Part shown: positions 8,627 through 16,297 of the stretch, one piece after another
Layout: every line of letters begins with the position of its first letter
Numbering within the stretch: the first letter of the stretch is position 1
From: a virus
Taxonomy: Duplodnaviria; Caudoviricetes
Reading direction: 5' to 3' (one strand)
Length of the DNA: 46,407 nt
IMG/VR virus record: IMGVR_UViG_3300035542_000075
Location: 1 to 46,407 of that record
The notes under the pieces: generated by a model
What the model was told of the DNA's origin: nothing
Database searches by the model: none
What the model saw: the letters and a program-made list of their open reading frames with translations, nothing else
Translations under genes and position numbers: made by a program

Positions 8627-9554
8627 TGACAGCCTCCTTTTCCTCGTTGAGGGAAGCGATATACTCACGATAGAACGAACACTTCTCGGCACAGTTACAA
8701 TAGTCCTCACACTTAACGGAGACTCCTGGTCGATGGTCGATGTAATGACCTGCAGGAAGCTCACTCAGGTGCTGTTCTGCGCTGAACTCGCTGTCATGAA
8801 GCTTTATTGCTTTCTTGCGGCCACTCTTCATGACCGCCCATTTCTCTCCACGTTCCCAGCGTTCCTCTGCTGTGCAGGAGGGAATCTGTTCCTCTGGAGC
8901 GTCCTTGTACTGCAAAACCTCAATGATCTTGCGTGCTAGGTCTGCCTCAAGCTCTGCCGCTACATCACTTCTCATGACCTTTCCAAAGTCCCACTCAATC
9001 TCTACGATTGGCTTCTGGGGATAGGAGCTGTCTCTCTTGGCCTGTGTCTTTGACCAGTCCTTGAGGAACACCGTGTTCTTGACATGCTCCACAGGAAAAC
9101 CTGCTTTCTCAAGAATGAACCAGTAGACCCTCAATTGCTGTGCCCAAGATGAATCCAGCCATTCCTCAAGTTTCATCTTGTAACTGAATACCCCAGCGGT
9201 CTTGTAGTCAGTGATGGTCTTTGTAGTACCGTTGTAGAGGTCGAATCCACCGGATACCCTCCGTGTTCCGAATTCCCCACAATCGATATCAACCCAAACC
9301 CTCTGCTCTGCAAGCTCGTCCTCACTGTCATGGCCTTCCATGATGTTGTGTACTGCAGTACCGAATACTGCCCAGACCATGTCAGCACAGTCCTGCTCAA
9401 GCTCATTCCAATGCCTTCTGGTGAGGATTATTTCCTTCGTGCCCTTGGCAAGCTCGGTGACCGAAAAGGTATCCCATCCAAACCTTGGGTGATTGTCACG
9501 AAGGCATGATTTGTAGTAAGGTTCTGGGAGATTATATTTGTTTGTAATCTTCAT
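8619..9554 (-). CDS. PD-(D/E)XK (RecB/Cas4-like) exonuclease
   Basis: FGTAVH, SGGFD, ITDYKT, QLRVY and C-terminal CEDYCNCAEKC. Confidence 0.82.
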   Translation of the reverse strand: MKITNKYNLPEPYYKSCLRDNHPRFGWDTFSVTELAKGTKEIILTRRHWNELEQDCADMVWAVFGTAVHNIMEGHDSEDELAEQRVWVDIDCGEFGTRRVSGGFDLYNGTTKTITDYKTAGVFSYKMKLEEWLDSSWAQQLRVYWFILEKAGFPVEHVKNTVFLKDWSKTQAKRDSSYPQKPIVEIEWDFGKVMRSDVAAELEADLARKIIEVLQYKDAPEEQIPSCTAEERWERGEKWAVMKSGRKKAIKLHDSEFSAEQHLSELPAGHYIDHRPGVSVKCEDYCNCAEKCSFYREYIASLNEEKEAVNG

Positions 9555-9817
9555 TAAATGGCCTCCTTGAGGTTGTTTGAGGAGTCGGATGTTACAGCAT
9601 CTTGCTCCTCTTTTTCTTGCTTGAGAGCATCAAGCTTTGCTACGAGTTCTTCATTCTCGCTGTTTACTCTCGAATACGCCTTGTACCAGAAATCATCATC
9701 AGCCTTGGCTTTCTCCAGCTCCTCGCTCTGTTTCTCGTAAGCTTCCACTACCTCAGCAAGCTTCTTCTGCAACTCTTCCATCGTTCCAAGCAAAGACTGT
9801 TCCAATTTTGTAAACAT
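9554..9817 (-). CDS. Coiled-coil hypothetical protein
   Basis: SD GAGGAG; heptad-rich; coupled to the nuclease gene. Confidence 0.7.
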   Translation of the reverse strand: MFTKLEQSLLGTMEELQKKLAEVVEAYEKQSEELEKAKADDDFWYKAYSRVNSENEELVAKLDALKQEKEEQDAVTSDSSNNLKEAI

Positions 9818-9880
9818 TGTTTACTCCTCGCCACTTTAACCTCGTGGCTTTTTAATATTCCCTTCCTCAAGGAAGGTTTT

Positions 9881-9920
9881 GCGGTGTCCGTGAATCGAAC
9901 ACGGAATGCACCGTCACCGC
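9881..9920 (-). ncRNA. tRNA minihelix-like element (acceptor-like stem plus T arm)
   Basis: Minus strand GCGGTG-ACGGTGCAT-TCCGTG-TTCGATT-CACGGA-CACCGC. Confidence 0.55.
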
Positions 9921-10234
9921 TGTTTTTTGTACATTGCCATTCGTTCTTTTTCTGGAATTGCAACCCAATCAAGGTACTCCTCGTATCTCCAGAAACGCTT
10001 ACGACCCTTGCCCTGTTTCTCCGGTGAATCCATTACGCCAAACTTGGGCAACATCCAAGGTCTGTTCGCAACATCCTGTCTGGTCATTCCATACGCTTTT
10101 GCTATTGAGGTGACACTGACCCAAACTTGGTCGTTTGCGTCCATGAGTTTTGTAAGCTCAGCATATCGTTCCTCGATGTCCTTGAGCCTGTTGAATTCGT
10201 CGCTGTCCAATGTATAAGCCTTAACTCCCTGCAT
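9914..10234 (-). CDS. Cro/excisionase-like DNA-binding protein
   Basis: First gene divergent from the repressor; VSVTSIAKAYGMTRQDV HTH-like segment. Confidence 0.6.
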   Translation of the reverse strand: MQGVKAYTLDSDEFNRLKDIEERYAELTKLMDANDQVWVSVTSIAKAYGMTRQDVANRPWMLPKFGVMDSPEKQGKGRKRFWRYEEYLDWVAIPEKERMAMYKKQR

Positions 10235-10266
10235 CCTCGTAACTCCTTAACATAAGTAAAGTAATA

Positions 10267-10340
10267 ATTACAATTGTATCTAACAATATAGTTATATATT
10301 ACATTTGTCAATTACTTCTATGAAAAAAATGTGGTATCAT
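10267..10340. promoter_or_regulatory. Divergent lysis/lysogeny promoters with putative operators
   Basis: Leftward TTGACA (10311-10306), 17 nt, TATTGT (10288-10283); rightward TTACTT, 17 nt, TG-extended TATCAT (10335-10340); ATTACAATTGTA at 10267 and ATTACATTTGTC at 10298. Confidence 0.6.
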
Positions 10341-10362
10341 GCATCAAAAGGAGAAAACCACT

Positions 10363-10713
10363 ATGGATGATTTTTGGGATAGGATTCGAGAATTGCTTAA
10401 GATACATAAATTAAGCTTGGCCGATTTGTCCAAGGAACTAAACCTTTCTCCATCGTTTTTATCGGTAGCAATGACTCGAAAAAGCTCCCCACGGGTTGAT
10501 TTCGCATATGCTGTTGCCAAGCGTTTTGGTGTAACAATCAATTGGCTTGTAACAGGCGAAGACCCAGATGCTGTGAACTACAAATATGCTCCGGTTGTCA
10601 AGGACGAGAGAATCATGGAGATTGCTTATAATCTTCAAAACTGCAGTGAGGATTACATCACAATCATTGAACAACTGGTAGCTCATGAATTTTCTCACGC
10701 GAAGAGAGCTTAG
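10363..10713 (+). CDS. CI-like XRE repressor without a peptidase domain
   Basis: LSLADLSKELNLSPSFLS...PRVDFAYAVAKRFGVTINWLVTGE; SD AAGGAG before ATG 10363. Confidence 0.85.
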   Translation: MDDFWDRIRELLKIHKLSLADLSKELNLSPSFLSVAMTRKSSPRVDFAYAVAKRFGVTINWLVTGEDPDAVNYKYAPVVKDERIMEIAYNLQNCSEDYITIIEQLVAHEFSHAKRA

Positions 10714-10727
10714 CTTAATTTATGGCT

Positions 10728-10775
10728 AGCTTTATTTTCCCAAAGAGCTTTTATTGGCTCTTTGGGAATAAAGCT
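10728..10775. terminator. Long hairpin between convergent genes; likely bidirectional terminator
   Basis: AGCTTTATTTTCCCAAAGAGC / GCTCTTTGGGAATAAAGCT, 19 bp with a 2-nt bulge. Confidence 0.65.
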
Positions 10776-10853
10776 TAATTTAGTATATTGACCAATAAGC
10801 TTATTGACCAATAAAGCTTAATTATATTAATAATATTATATTAATAATAAAGC
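10767..10853. repeat. AT-rich nested direct repeats; origin-like
   Basis: AATAAAGCTTAATT x2 (10767, 10810), TATTGACCAATAA x2 (10786, 10802), ATTATATTAATAAT x2 (10821, 10835). Confidence 0.7.
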
Positions 10854-10884
10854 CTCCTATATCTTAAATATTAGAGATATCTTG

Positions 10885-11358
10885 TTACTCATAGAAATTC
10901 CAGACTTTCTCTGCAAACGGTTCAGCAAATACAGGGTTATCATCAACGATTCTCACTGTTGCCTCCCCTCCTTTTGACTGGATCAATCCACAGTTGATTC
11001 CATAGCATTCACTTGCATAACAGACCCCAACTCTTGTTGATGGAAGTTGCTTGCTTATTTCCTTGAATATTCCCAGTGGGGTAGTCCATGCTGTCTCAAA
11101 TTCAAGCTCAAGGTAGTTGGCATCAACCCTGTCATACCACAAATCTATTGCTTCCTCCCTTGTTCCCCAGTGCTTCACCCTCCATTCGATAGCACCATTC
11201 TCATCCAGCTTTTCAGGAGTCCTCAGGAGGCTGTTAAAGAAGCTCTGAGCAACGTTCTTGTTCTCTCCGGCATAATGTCTCACCATCATCGATTGAAGCC
11301 TGTCCAGCTCCTCCTGTGACCCTCTGACGTAAACCAAGTTCTTAACCCAATTCGGCAT
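10885..11358 (-). CDS. YubB/DUF1281 ferredoxin-like domain protein
   Basis: MPNWVKN...EWRVKHWGT...LEFETAWTTP. Confidence 0.8.
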   Translation of the reverse strand: MPNWVKNLVYVRGSQEELDRLQSMMVRHYAGENKNVAQSFFNSLLRTPEKLDENGAIEWRVKHWGTREEAIDLWYDRVDANYLELEFETAWTTPLGIFKEISKQLPSTRVGVCYASECYGINCGLIQSKGGEATVRIVDDNPVFAEPFAEKVWNFYE

Positions 11359-11370
11359 TGTTTTTCTCCT

Positions 11371-11688
11371 CTAGAAACCGATGCAGTATCTCGATGCTTC
11401 GGGTATAGCTGCTTCCAAATCCCAATGTTCAGCCGGTAGTTTGTTGTAATCGTACTGAATTACATAGTTAACCAGTGATCCTGGCATACCGCCCCAATCT
11501 GGTAGACCAAAATAACTTTCTTCGTCACAATCGATAATCATAGCCTCTTGTCCATAGATTTCCTTCACATCCTCGACAAACTTGTCGGCTTGTTTCTTCT
11601 GGGCTTCTGACAAACCTGTGACATCGTTGTTGATGAGATAGCTTGCCATCCAGTCATAATTACTTATCTTTTCTGTCTGTAGATTCAT
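11371..11688 (-). CDS. Acidic hypothetical protein
   Basis: SD GGAG; ASYLINNDVTGLS motif. Confidence 0.7.
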   Translation of the reverse strand: MNLQTEKISNYDWMASYLINNDVTGLSEAQKKQADKFVEDVKEIYGQEAMIIDCDEESYFGLPDWGGMPGSLVNYVIQYDYNKLPAEHWDLEAAIPEASRYCIGF

Positions 11689-11700
11689 GATTGATTCTCC

Positions 11701-12171
11701 TTAAAACATGTTGTTTTCCAGCATTGATAAATAGTCTTCGTTGGTGAAAATGATATGATCCAAAACCTTAATCCCAATCAGGTCCCCTGCTTGCTTTATC
11801 CTCCTTGTCACGTCTTTGTCCTCTCTGCTTACTTCAAGGCTTCCACTTGGGTGATTGTGTGCAATGATTATTGCTGTTGCATTGTCCTGTATCGCTGGTC
11901 GAAATATTTCCCTTGGATGAACCAGAGTCCTGTTTACCAACCCACTTGAAACGATGTGGTTATCAATGGTTTTGTGGGCACCATTTAACGTCAACACAAT
12001 GAAATACTCTTTCTCGATAATCTCTGCCGGAGATAGGCATCTTCTCAGTTCCTCAACACTGTCTTTAGGTGTCGATATTGAGCATCTTTCCCTTACCGAA
12101 AAATTGACCAATACGTCTATCAGCTCCTGCTTTTTCATTTTTTCATATCGTTTTACAATCTCTTTTCTCAT
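11701..12171 (-). CDS. radC: RadC-like JAB domain protein
   Basis: EYFIVLTLN...VHPREIFRPAI...IIAHNHPSG...S..D...LDHII. Confidence 0.92.
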   Translation of the reverse strand: MRKEIVKRYEKMKKQELIDVLVNFSVRERCSISTPKDSVEELRRCLSPAEIIEKEYFIVLTLNGAHKTIDNHIVSSGLVNRTLVHPREIFRPAIQDNATAIIIAHNHPSGSLEVSREDKDVTRRIKQAGDLIGIKVLDHIIFTNEDYLSMLENNMF

Positions 12172-12173
12172 GG

Positions 12174-12773
12174 TTATATCTCCCAATCCGTGTAATAACT
12201 CTGTGAGTCGTTTTCATCGCTGAGCCTGTCAAGCTCTTCCTGTGACATCTTTGAAGCCCTCTCAACCTCTGCTGGGTCTGTATTGTCAAGACCTGCATAC
12301 ATAGCCAGGAACTCTTCGTGTGAGTAATTTTCATGCAGGCATTCATCGGAGCAGTAGTACTCCTCACCACCTCCAAGGCAATACCCCTCAAACATGAGTT
12401 TTCCGCATTCATCACAACGTCTGATGCTGTCGCATCTTTCAGGATGGTCAATCAACTCATCGAGTTTCTCCTCGAATTTATTAGATATGTCGAAGGCATC
12501 GTGTAGACTCAAGGTTGTAAAACTTATAGCGTCTTCCATTACGTCTCCCATCGCATCTCTGGCGATTCTTCGGATTATCTCGGGTGTATCCTTGCCGAAG
12601 TCAAAAGTGTTGGTTCTAGGGCTTTCTCGAATCTCCCGTAAATCGCATGACTTGCTGTTGATAAGCCTCTGTAAATCTTCAACTACAGAATCCTTTGATA
12701 TGTCCTGTTCCATGTCGTCCAGAAAATTCCTGAGAACATGTATCTGTGCCTGTTTCTTTTCATTGCAAAACAT
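12174..12773 (-). CDS. Acidic protein with Cys cluster
   Basis: RRCDECGKLMFEGY...YYCSDECLH...YYTDWE; SD GAGGAG. Confidence 0.72.
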   Translation of the reverse strand: MFCNEKKQAQIHVLRNFLDDMEQDISKDSVVEDLQRLINSKSCDLREIRESPRTNTFDFGKDTPEIIRRIARDAMGDVMEDAISFTTLSLHDAFDISNKFEEKLDELIDHPERCDSIRRCDECGKLMFEGYCLGGGEEYYCSDECLHENYSHEEFLAMYAGLDNTDPAEVERASKMSQEELDRLSDENDSQSYYTDWEI

Positions 12774-12937
12774 GATATGCTCCTCATAAAAGGAAGCCCT
12801 CCTCTTTCAAGTAAAAGGGCCTCCTTAATAGTGGTTTGGCGGCTATTTATTTAGCCGCTTTTTTACATCCGTGTGCCACCGATCGAACCGGTTTGGGCTA
12901 TGACATCCAGTACGTCTTCGCTTGTTTCCCACCACAT

Positions 12938-13063
12938 CTAGAACCTCCTCAATGCTTCAATGGTCTCTTCGAATTCAATCTCAACAGAACCATCTGACGG
13001 ATCGATCACCATGAGGTACACTAGCTTCACCAAGGACATAATCATCTTGCTTTTCTTCAACAT
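12938..13063 (-). CDS. Possible 41-aa protein below the ORF-track cutoff
   Basis: MLKKSKMIMSLVKLVYLMVIDPSDGSVEIEFEETIEALRRF; starts 1 nt after the ardC stop, preceded by AGGAGG. Confidence 0.4.
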   Translation of the reverse strand: MLKKSKMIMSLVKLVYLMVIDPSDGSVEIEFEETIEALRRF

Positions 13064-13064
13064 C

Positions 13065-13943
13065 TTAGGCCTCCTTGCCCATAATATAATTTGCCGCTTT
13101 TCCTGCTTTACTTGCGGCTGTTACTACCATTTTCGGGTCGTCCTTAAGCTTTCTTAACCATGCCTTCAGATACCCTGCTGAGTTGTAATCAGTCTTCTTT
13201 GTGTTGATTCCCAACGTATTCAGGATGAATGCTGAGGACATTTCCGCTACCAGTTCCTCCTTGCTGTAGGACTGACCGCCAAACTGGTGATTGTCACCCT
13301 CTTCCTTGAACCTGTTCAACCGGCTCGGATGGCCTGTACTGTGTGCCAATTCGTGGAAAAGTGTGCTGTAAAACTCCTCCGGCAAAGTAAAGAGTTCCGG
13401 CTTCGGTACAGTAACAGTATCCAACATTGGTGTGTAGTACGCTGCAGTCCCTTTTCTGCTGATTGCCGGTCTGTTCGGCATGTTTTCAATGATCCTTTCA
13501 GCCTCATCGATAGGGTTGAAGTCATACTTTGGTAGCTCGAATTCGGGGAATTCTATGCCCTCAATCTGGTCTGCATTGAAGATGAAATACATCCGATGGA
13601 ACCCAAGCTTTTTCAACTTTTCCTCATCCTCTTCATCCTCGACCTTCTTTTCGAATGTTGACCAATACAGTACAGGTGTAGCCTTCGCACCTTTCTTGAC
13701 AGTGCCACCCTTGGCCTTTACCTGCTTGAATGTCATCCAGAAAGGGCTGGAGAAGCCACACATGCCTGTCAGAAGCGCATTGATACCGTTGTATGGCCTC
13801 ATGCTCACAAAGTTCTTCTGTGGGGACTCTACGGTTGCCCAAGGCTTCATCCAAGGCAACTCCTGGTACTGCTCGATATAGTCAATCATCCTCTGTGTCA
13901 CAATCTCGTATACGGTCTGTTTGGGTTTATTCGTCTTCTTCAT
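13065..13943 (-). CDS. ardC: ArdC-family antirestriction protein (ssDNA-binding domain plus zincin/MPTase domain)
   Basis: PWMKPW, RPYNGIN, WMTFKQ...GGTVKKGAK, AYYTP..D, TLFHELAHSTGHPSRLNR, YSKEELVAE. Confidence 0.93.
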   Translation of the reverse strand: MKKTNKPKQTVYEIVTQRMIDYIEQYQELPWMKPWATVESPQKNFVSMRPYNGINALLTGMCGFSSPFWMTFKQVKAKGGTVKKGAKATPVLYWSTFEKKVEDEEDEEKLKKLGFHRMYFIFNADQIEGIEFPEFELPKYDFNPIDEAERIIENMPNRPAISRKGTAAYYTPMLDTVTVPKPELFTLPEEFYSTLFHELAHSTGHPSRLNRFKEEGDNHQFGGQSYSKEELVAEMSSAFILNTLGINTKKTDYNSAGYLKAWLRKLKDDPKMVVTAASKAGKAANYIMGKEA

Positions 13944-14154
13944 CTTTCTTTTCTCCTGTGAGTTCTTGCCAATCAAAGTAGGCTTCTTCCGGCTCTGAAT
14001 ACCCTAGGTACAGTTCTTTTGTTCGGGTGTTGTAGATGTAGGTTTCCCCGATGATTGACAGGAAATACTGTGCCATTATCCAGTCACCACTCCTGCCAAT
14101 TACGCTCATGGGTACAATCACATCAACCACTTCTTGCTCTATTGCTTCCATCAC
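13927..14154 (-). CDS. Small acidic hypothetical protein
   Basis: Coupled ORF in the operon, SD GGAGG. Confidence 0.6.
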   Translation of the reverse strand: MMEAIEQEVVDVIVPMSVIGRSGDWIMAQYFLSIIGETYIYNTRTKELYLGYSEPEEAYFDWQELTGEKKDEEDE

Positions 14155-14303
14155 TCAGCCTCCAGATATCCCTCTGTCTTGAGGTGTTCCATGAATCCAT
14201 CATCCAGCAACTGAAGCCCATACCAATCTGTCAGGGCCTGTGCTACCTGTTCCCCTGTGAGATTGCAGAGCAATGCCCACATTACTTTCTGGTCTTCGCT
14301 CAT
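14151..14303 (-). CDS. Small hypothetical protein
   Basis: ATG 14303 with SD GGAGG; 4-nt overlaps on both sides. Confidence 0.6.
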   Translation of the reverse strand: MSEDQKVMWALLCNLTGEQVAQALTDWYGLQLLDDGFMEHLKTEGYLEAE

Positions 14304-14548
14304 GCTACCTCCCCAAAGCCCACGTTCTGCAGTTCTCGCTTGCCCTGAAGCCATTCCCATACTGCCTCATACATGGGTGTCCCGTACCCAAGTTGTGCAA
14401 CGTGCAAGACCCACCCCTTGCGCTCAGGATTTGGATCAGTTCCATCTGCATCAAGACGCTTCTGGTAGAAATGGGTAATGTCGATTTGCTCCAGTTTGTA
14501 CCAGTCTGTGTACTTTCCATCCACTACGAAAATTTTGGCTGTTCTCAT
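14300..14548 (-). CDS. Hypothetical protein
   Basis: SD AAGGAGG upstream of ATG. Confidence 0.7.
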   Translation of the reverse strand: MRTAKIFVVDGKYTDWYKLEQIDITHFYQKRLDADGTDPNPERKGWVLHVAQLGYGTPMYEAVWEWLQGKRELQNVGFGEVA

Positions 14549-14563
14549 TGTTCAGCCTCCTTC

Positions 14564-14594
14564 AAAAAAAATGCCCCCACTTAACCTGTGGGGG
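14564..14594 (-). terminator. Intrinsic terminator
   Basis: Minus strand CCCCCAC-AGGTTAA-GTGGGGG-CATTTTTTTT. Confidence 0.7.
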
Positions 14595-14602
14595 AGAGAT
14601 AA

Positions 14603-14647
14603 ACCCTACGAGGGGAATTGAACCCCTCCTGGACACCTGTGTAGGGT
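14603..14647 (-). ncRNA. tRNA minihelix-like element (acceptor-like stem plus T arm)
   Basis: Minus strand ACCCTAC-ACAGGTGTCCAG-GAGGGG-TTCAATT-CCCCTC-GTAGGGT. Confidence 0.6.
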
Positions 14648-14657
14648 GGTTTTGCTG

Positions 14658-15278
14658 TTATGCTACCTTGTCAGATTTCTTGACAAGCTTTGCTTCTTGT
14701 TTGTCTTCTGCCATCGGAGGGATAATCTTGGAATACTTCTTTTCCATCCTTGCCTTGTCTTGTGCCTGTGCTACTGCAAACACCTGTCTGAAGGTCTTCC
14801 CTGCTACCGCTTTTCTCAAAGCTACTGCCTTGGTCAAGTCCTTTCCAGCCTCAACAAGAGCGTTGATATATGCCTGTTGCTCCATGCTCTTGCAATTGGT
14901 CGGGGATACCAAAACCTCAGCCTTGCCATTGTTGTCTACAATCTGGACACGAGCGTTTCTGTCAAGACCGGATACCTCTACCCATTTGAAGGTTTTCTTG
15001 TCCTTGATGATGGTTACAGGGTGCAATTCCAGTTTCCAAAGCTCGGATTCTTTGTCGGTTTCGGCAACATCGGAAGCAATTTTAGCAAGAGTTTTGTCAA
15101 GTTCTGCAAGCAAATGACCGGCTTGACCTGCTACGAGCATGATATCGCTGTTTGCCTCTTTCTGGATGAGAGCAAGAGCATCGGCAATGGCCTTTCTCTT
15201 TTCTGCGGCCAACTCTTTTGCGGTCTTCTCAACTGCTACGTTCTCTGTGGTCTTGGTGGTTGCGTTTTTCTTTGACAT
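14658..15278 (-). CDS. Lys/Ala-rich hypothetical protein, first gene of the strong leftward transcript
   Basis: SD AGGAG; 206 aa; the plus-strand ORFs over it read as antisense shadows. Confidence 0.8.
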   Translation of the reverse strand: MSKKNATTKTTENVAVEKTAKELAAEKRKAIADALALIQKEANSDIMLVAGQAGHLLAELDKTLAKIASDVAETDKESELWKLELHPVTIIKDKKTFKWVEVSGLDRNARVQIVDNNGKAEVLVSPTNCKSMEQQAYINALVEAGKDLTKAVALRKAVAGKTFRQVFAVAQAQDKARMEKKYSKIIPPMAEDKQEAKLVKKSDKVA

Positions 15279-15289
15279 GATTCACTCCT

Positions 15290-15935
15290 AGGGTATTTTT
15301 ACCCGTTTCTTGGTTTTATGGACGCTCAAGCGTTCCACTATTGCCTACCTGGTACGCAATAATGCAATGCTCAAGTGGTTACTAACTTCGCTATGGGTGG
15401 TTTTTTGACCACGTGTTTACTCCTGTATGCCTACAGTTTCAGTCCACCCCCTACTGCACCCTTTCGGGCATTTCAAGGCTTCGCTATTGGGTACACCTAC
15501 CTTGCCGTTCCCCGAAATCCAGCTTAATCGTGCTATTTTTAAGATTTACAGCGGTTAGTCCCAAGGTTTATACAGGAAAGAGCGCATCTTTGACCTTACG
15601 GATTCGTACCCCATTCAATTCCATACGTGCAATGTCTGGCTTCTACACGCTGGTACGCTTATACACAAGTCTGATGTCAAAAAACTGTCATAGTTTGGTG
15701 GTGTATCACCTCTCTATGTTGTGCCTTGTCTATCCACTCTCTGTTGTACATGTTCCCCTCAAGGACTATGGACTACAGGTGTTTCTTTCTTGCTACCCAC
15801 GCAAGGTAGGGAAAGAGAATTGAGCTTCAAGGTAGGTTGGCTACCATCCTGTTAGCATTCGAACCAGAAAAGGTTCTCAGTGCCCTGCGATACCCACCAG
15901 AAGGTGGTTGCTGTAAGTTGGTTTAATCAACTCAT
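15290..15935 (-). ncRNA. Candidate large structured ncRNA or leader (~650 nt)
   Basis: No minus-strand ORF of 60 aa or more; dense hairpins; directly downstream of a near-consensus promoter. Confidence 0.5.
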
Positions 15936-15941
15936 ACCCAG

Positions 15942-15970
15942 ACTATACTCGAGCAGGTTAAACCTGTCAA
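15942..15970 (-). promoter_or_regulatory. Strong sigma70 promoter with palindromic operator
   Basis: TTGACA, 17 nt, TATAGT; upstream A-tracts; CAGGT-TAA-ACCTG at 15954-15966. Confidence 0.8.
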
Positions 15971-16005
15971 CCTTTTTTTTAAAGTTTTTTTTGATGGTAG
16001 AGGTA

Positions 16006-16034
16006 TTGTAGGTTATACCTACTTGTGATATAAT
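16006..16034 (+). promoter_or_regulatory. Divergent promoter with related palindromic operator
   Basis: TTGTAG, 17 nt, TATAAT; GTAGGT-TAT-ACCTAC at 16008-16022. Confidence 0.75.
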
Positions 16035-16072
16035 GATTTATGTTGGAAAAAAATTTTTTGAAAGGTGATTAT

Positions 16073-16297
16073 ATGAGAGATAAAGAAGCCCAAAGAAAGT
16101 GGATGAAAGAGAATAAAGTCTTTTACGGTATACATTTAATGAAGAATACAGATAGTGATATTATAGCCTATCTTGATACAGTGAAAGCAAATGGAGGCAG
16201 TATGCAGGGAGCTTTCAAGGATGCAATAAGGTTTTTTTTGGCGCATAAGGATAGCGCGCATATATCCACTAGGAGCGATCCAAACCAAGAGGGATAA
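16073..16297 (+). CDS. Small ribbon-helix-helix-like regulator
   Basis: Strand-helix-helix pattern FYGIHLMKNTDSDIIAYL...SMQGAFKDAIRFFL; SD AAGGTGA. Confidence 0.6.
   Translation: MRDKEAQRKWMKENKVFYGIHLMKNTDSDIIAYLDTVKANGGSMQGAFKDAIRFFLAHKDSAHISTRSDPNQEG

Noticed and set aside
8619-9554. Cas4 of a CRISPR adaptation module
   Set aside because: No cas1 or cas2; pairing with ERF and SSB fits a phage recombination exonuclease
9881-14647. Full tRNA genes or att-site tRNA remnants at the two T-loop elements
   Set aside because: No D or anticodon arms and no similarity to the tRNA-Leu 3' end; kept only as minihelix-like elements
15413-15823. 136-aa plus-strand ORF
   Set aside because: No SD, unusual composition, antisense to a strong leftward promoter
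15855-15880. GGTTCGAAT on the minus strand as another T-loop
   Set aside because: Flanks do not form a T stem; an alternative GAACC/GGTTC hairpin explains it
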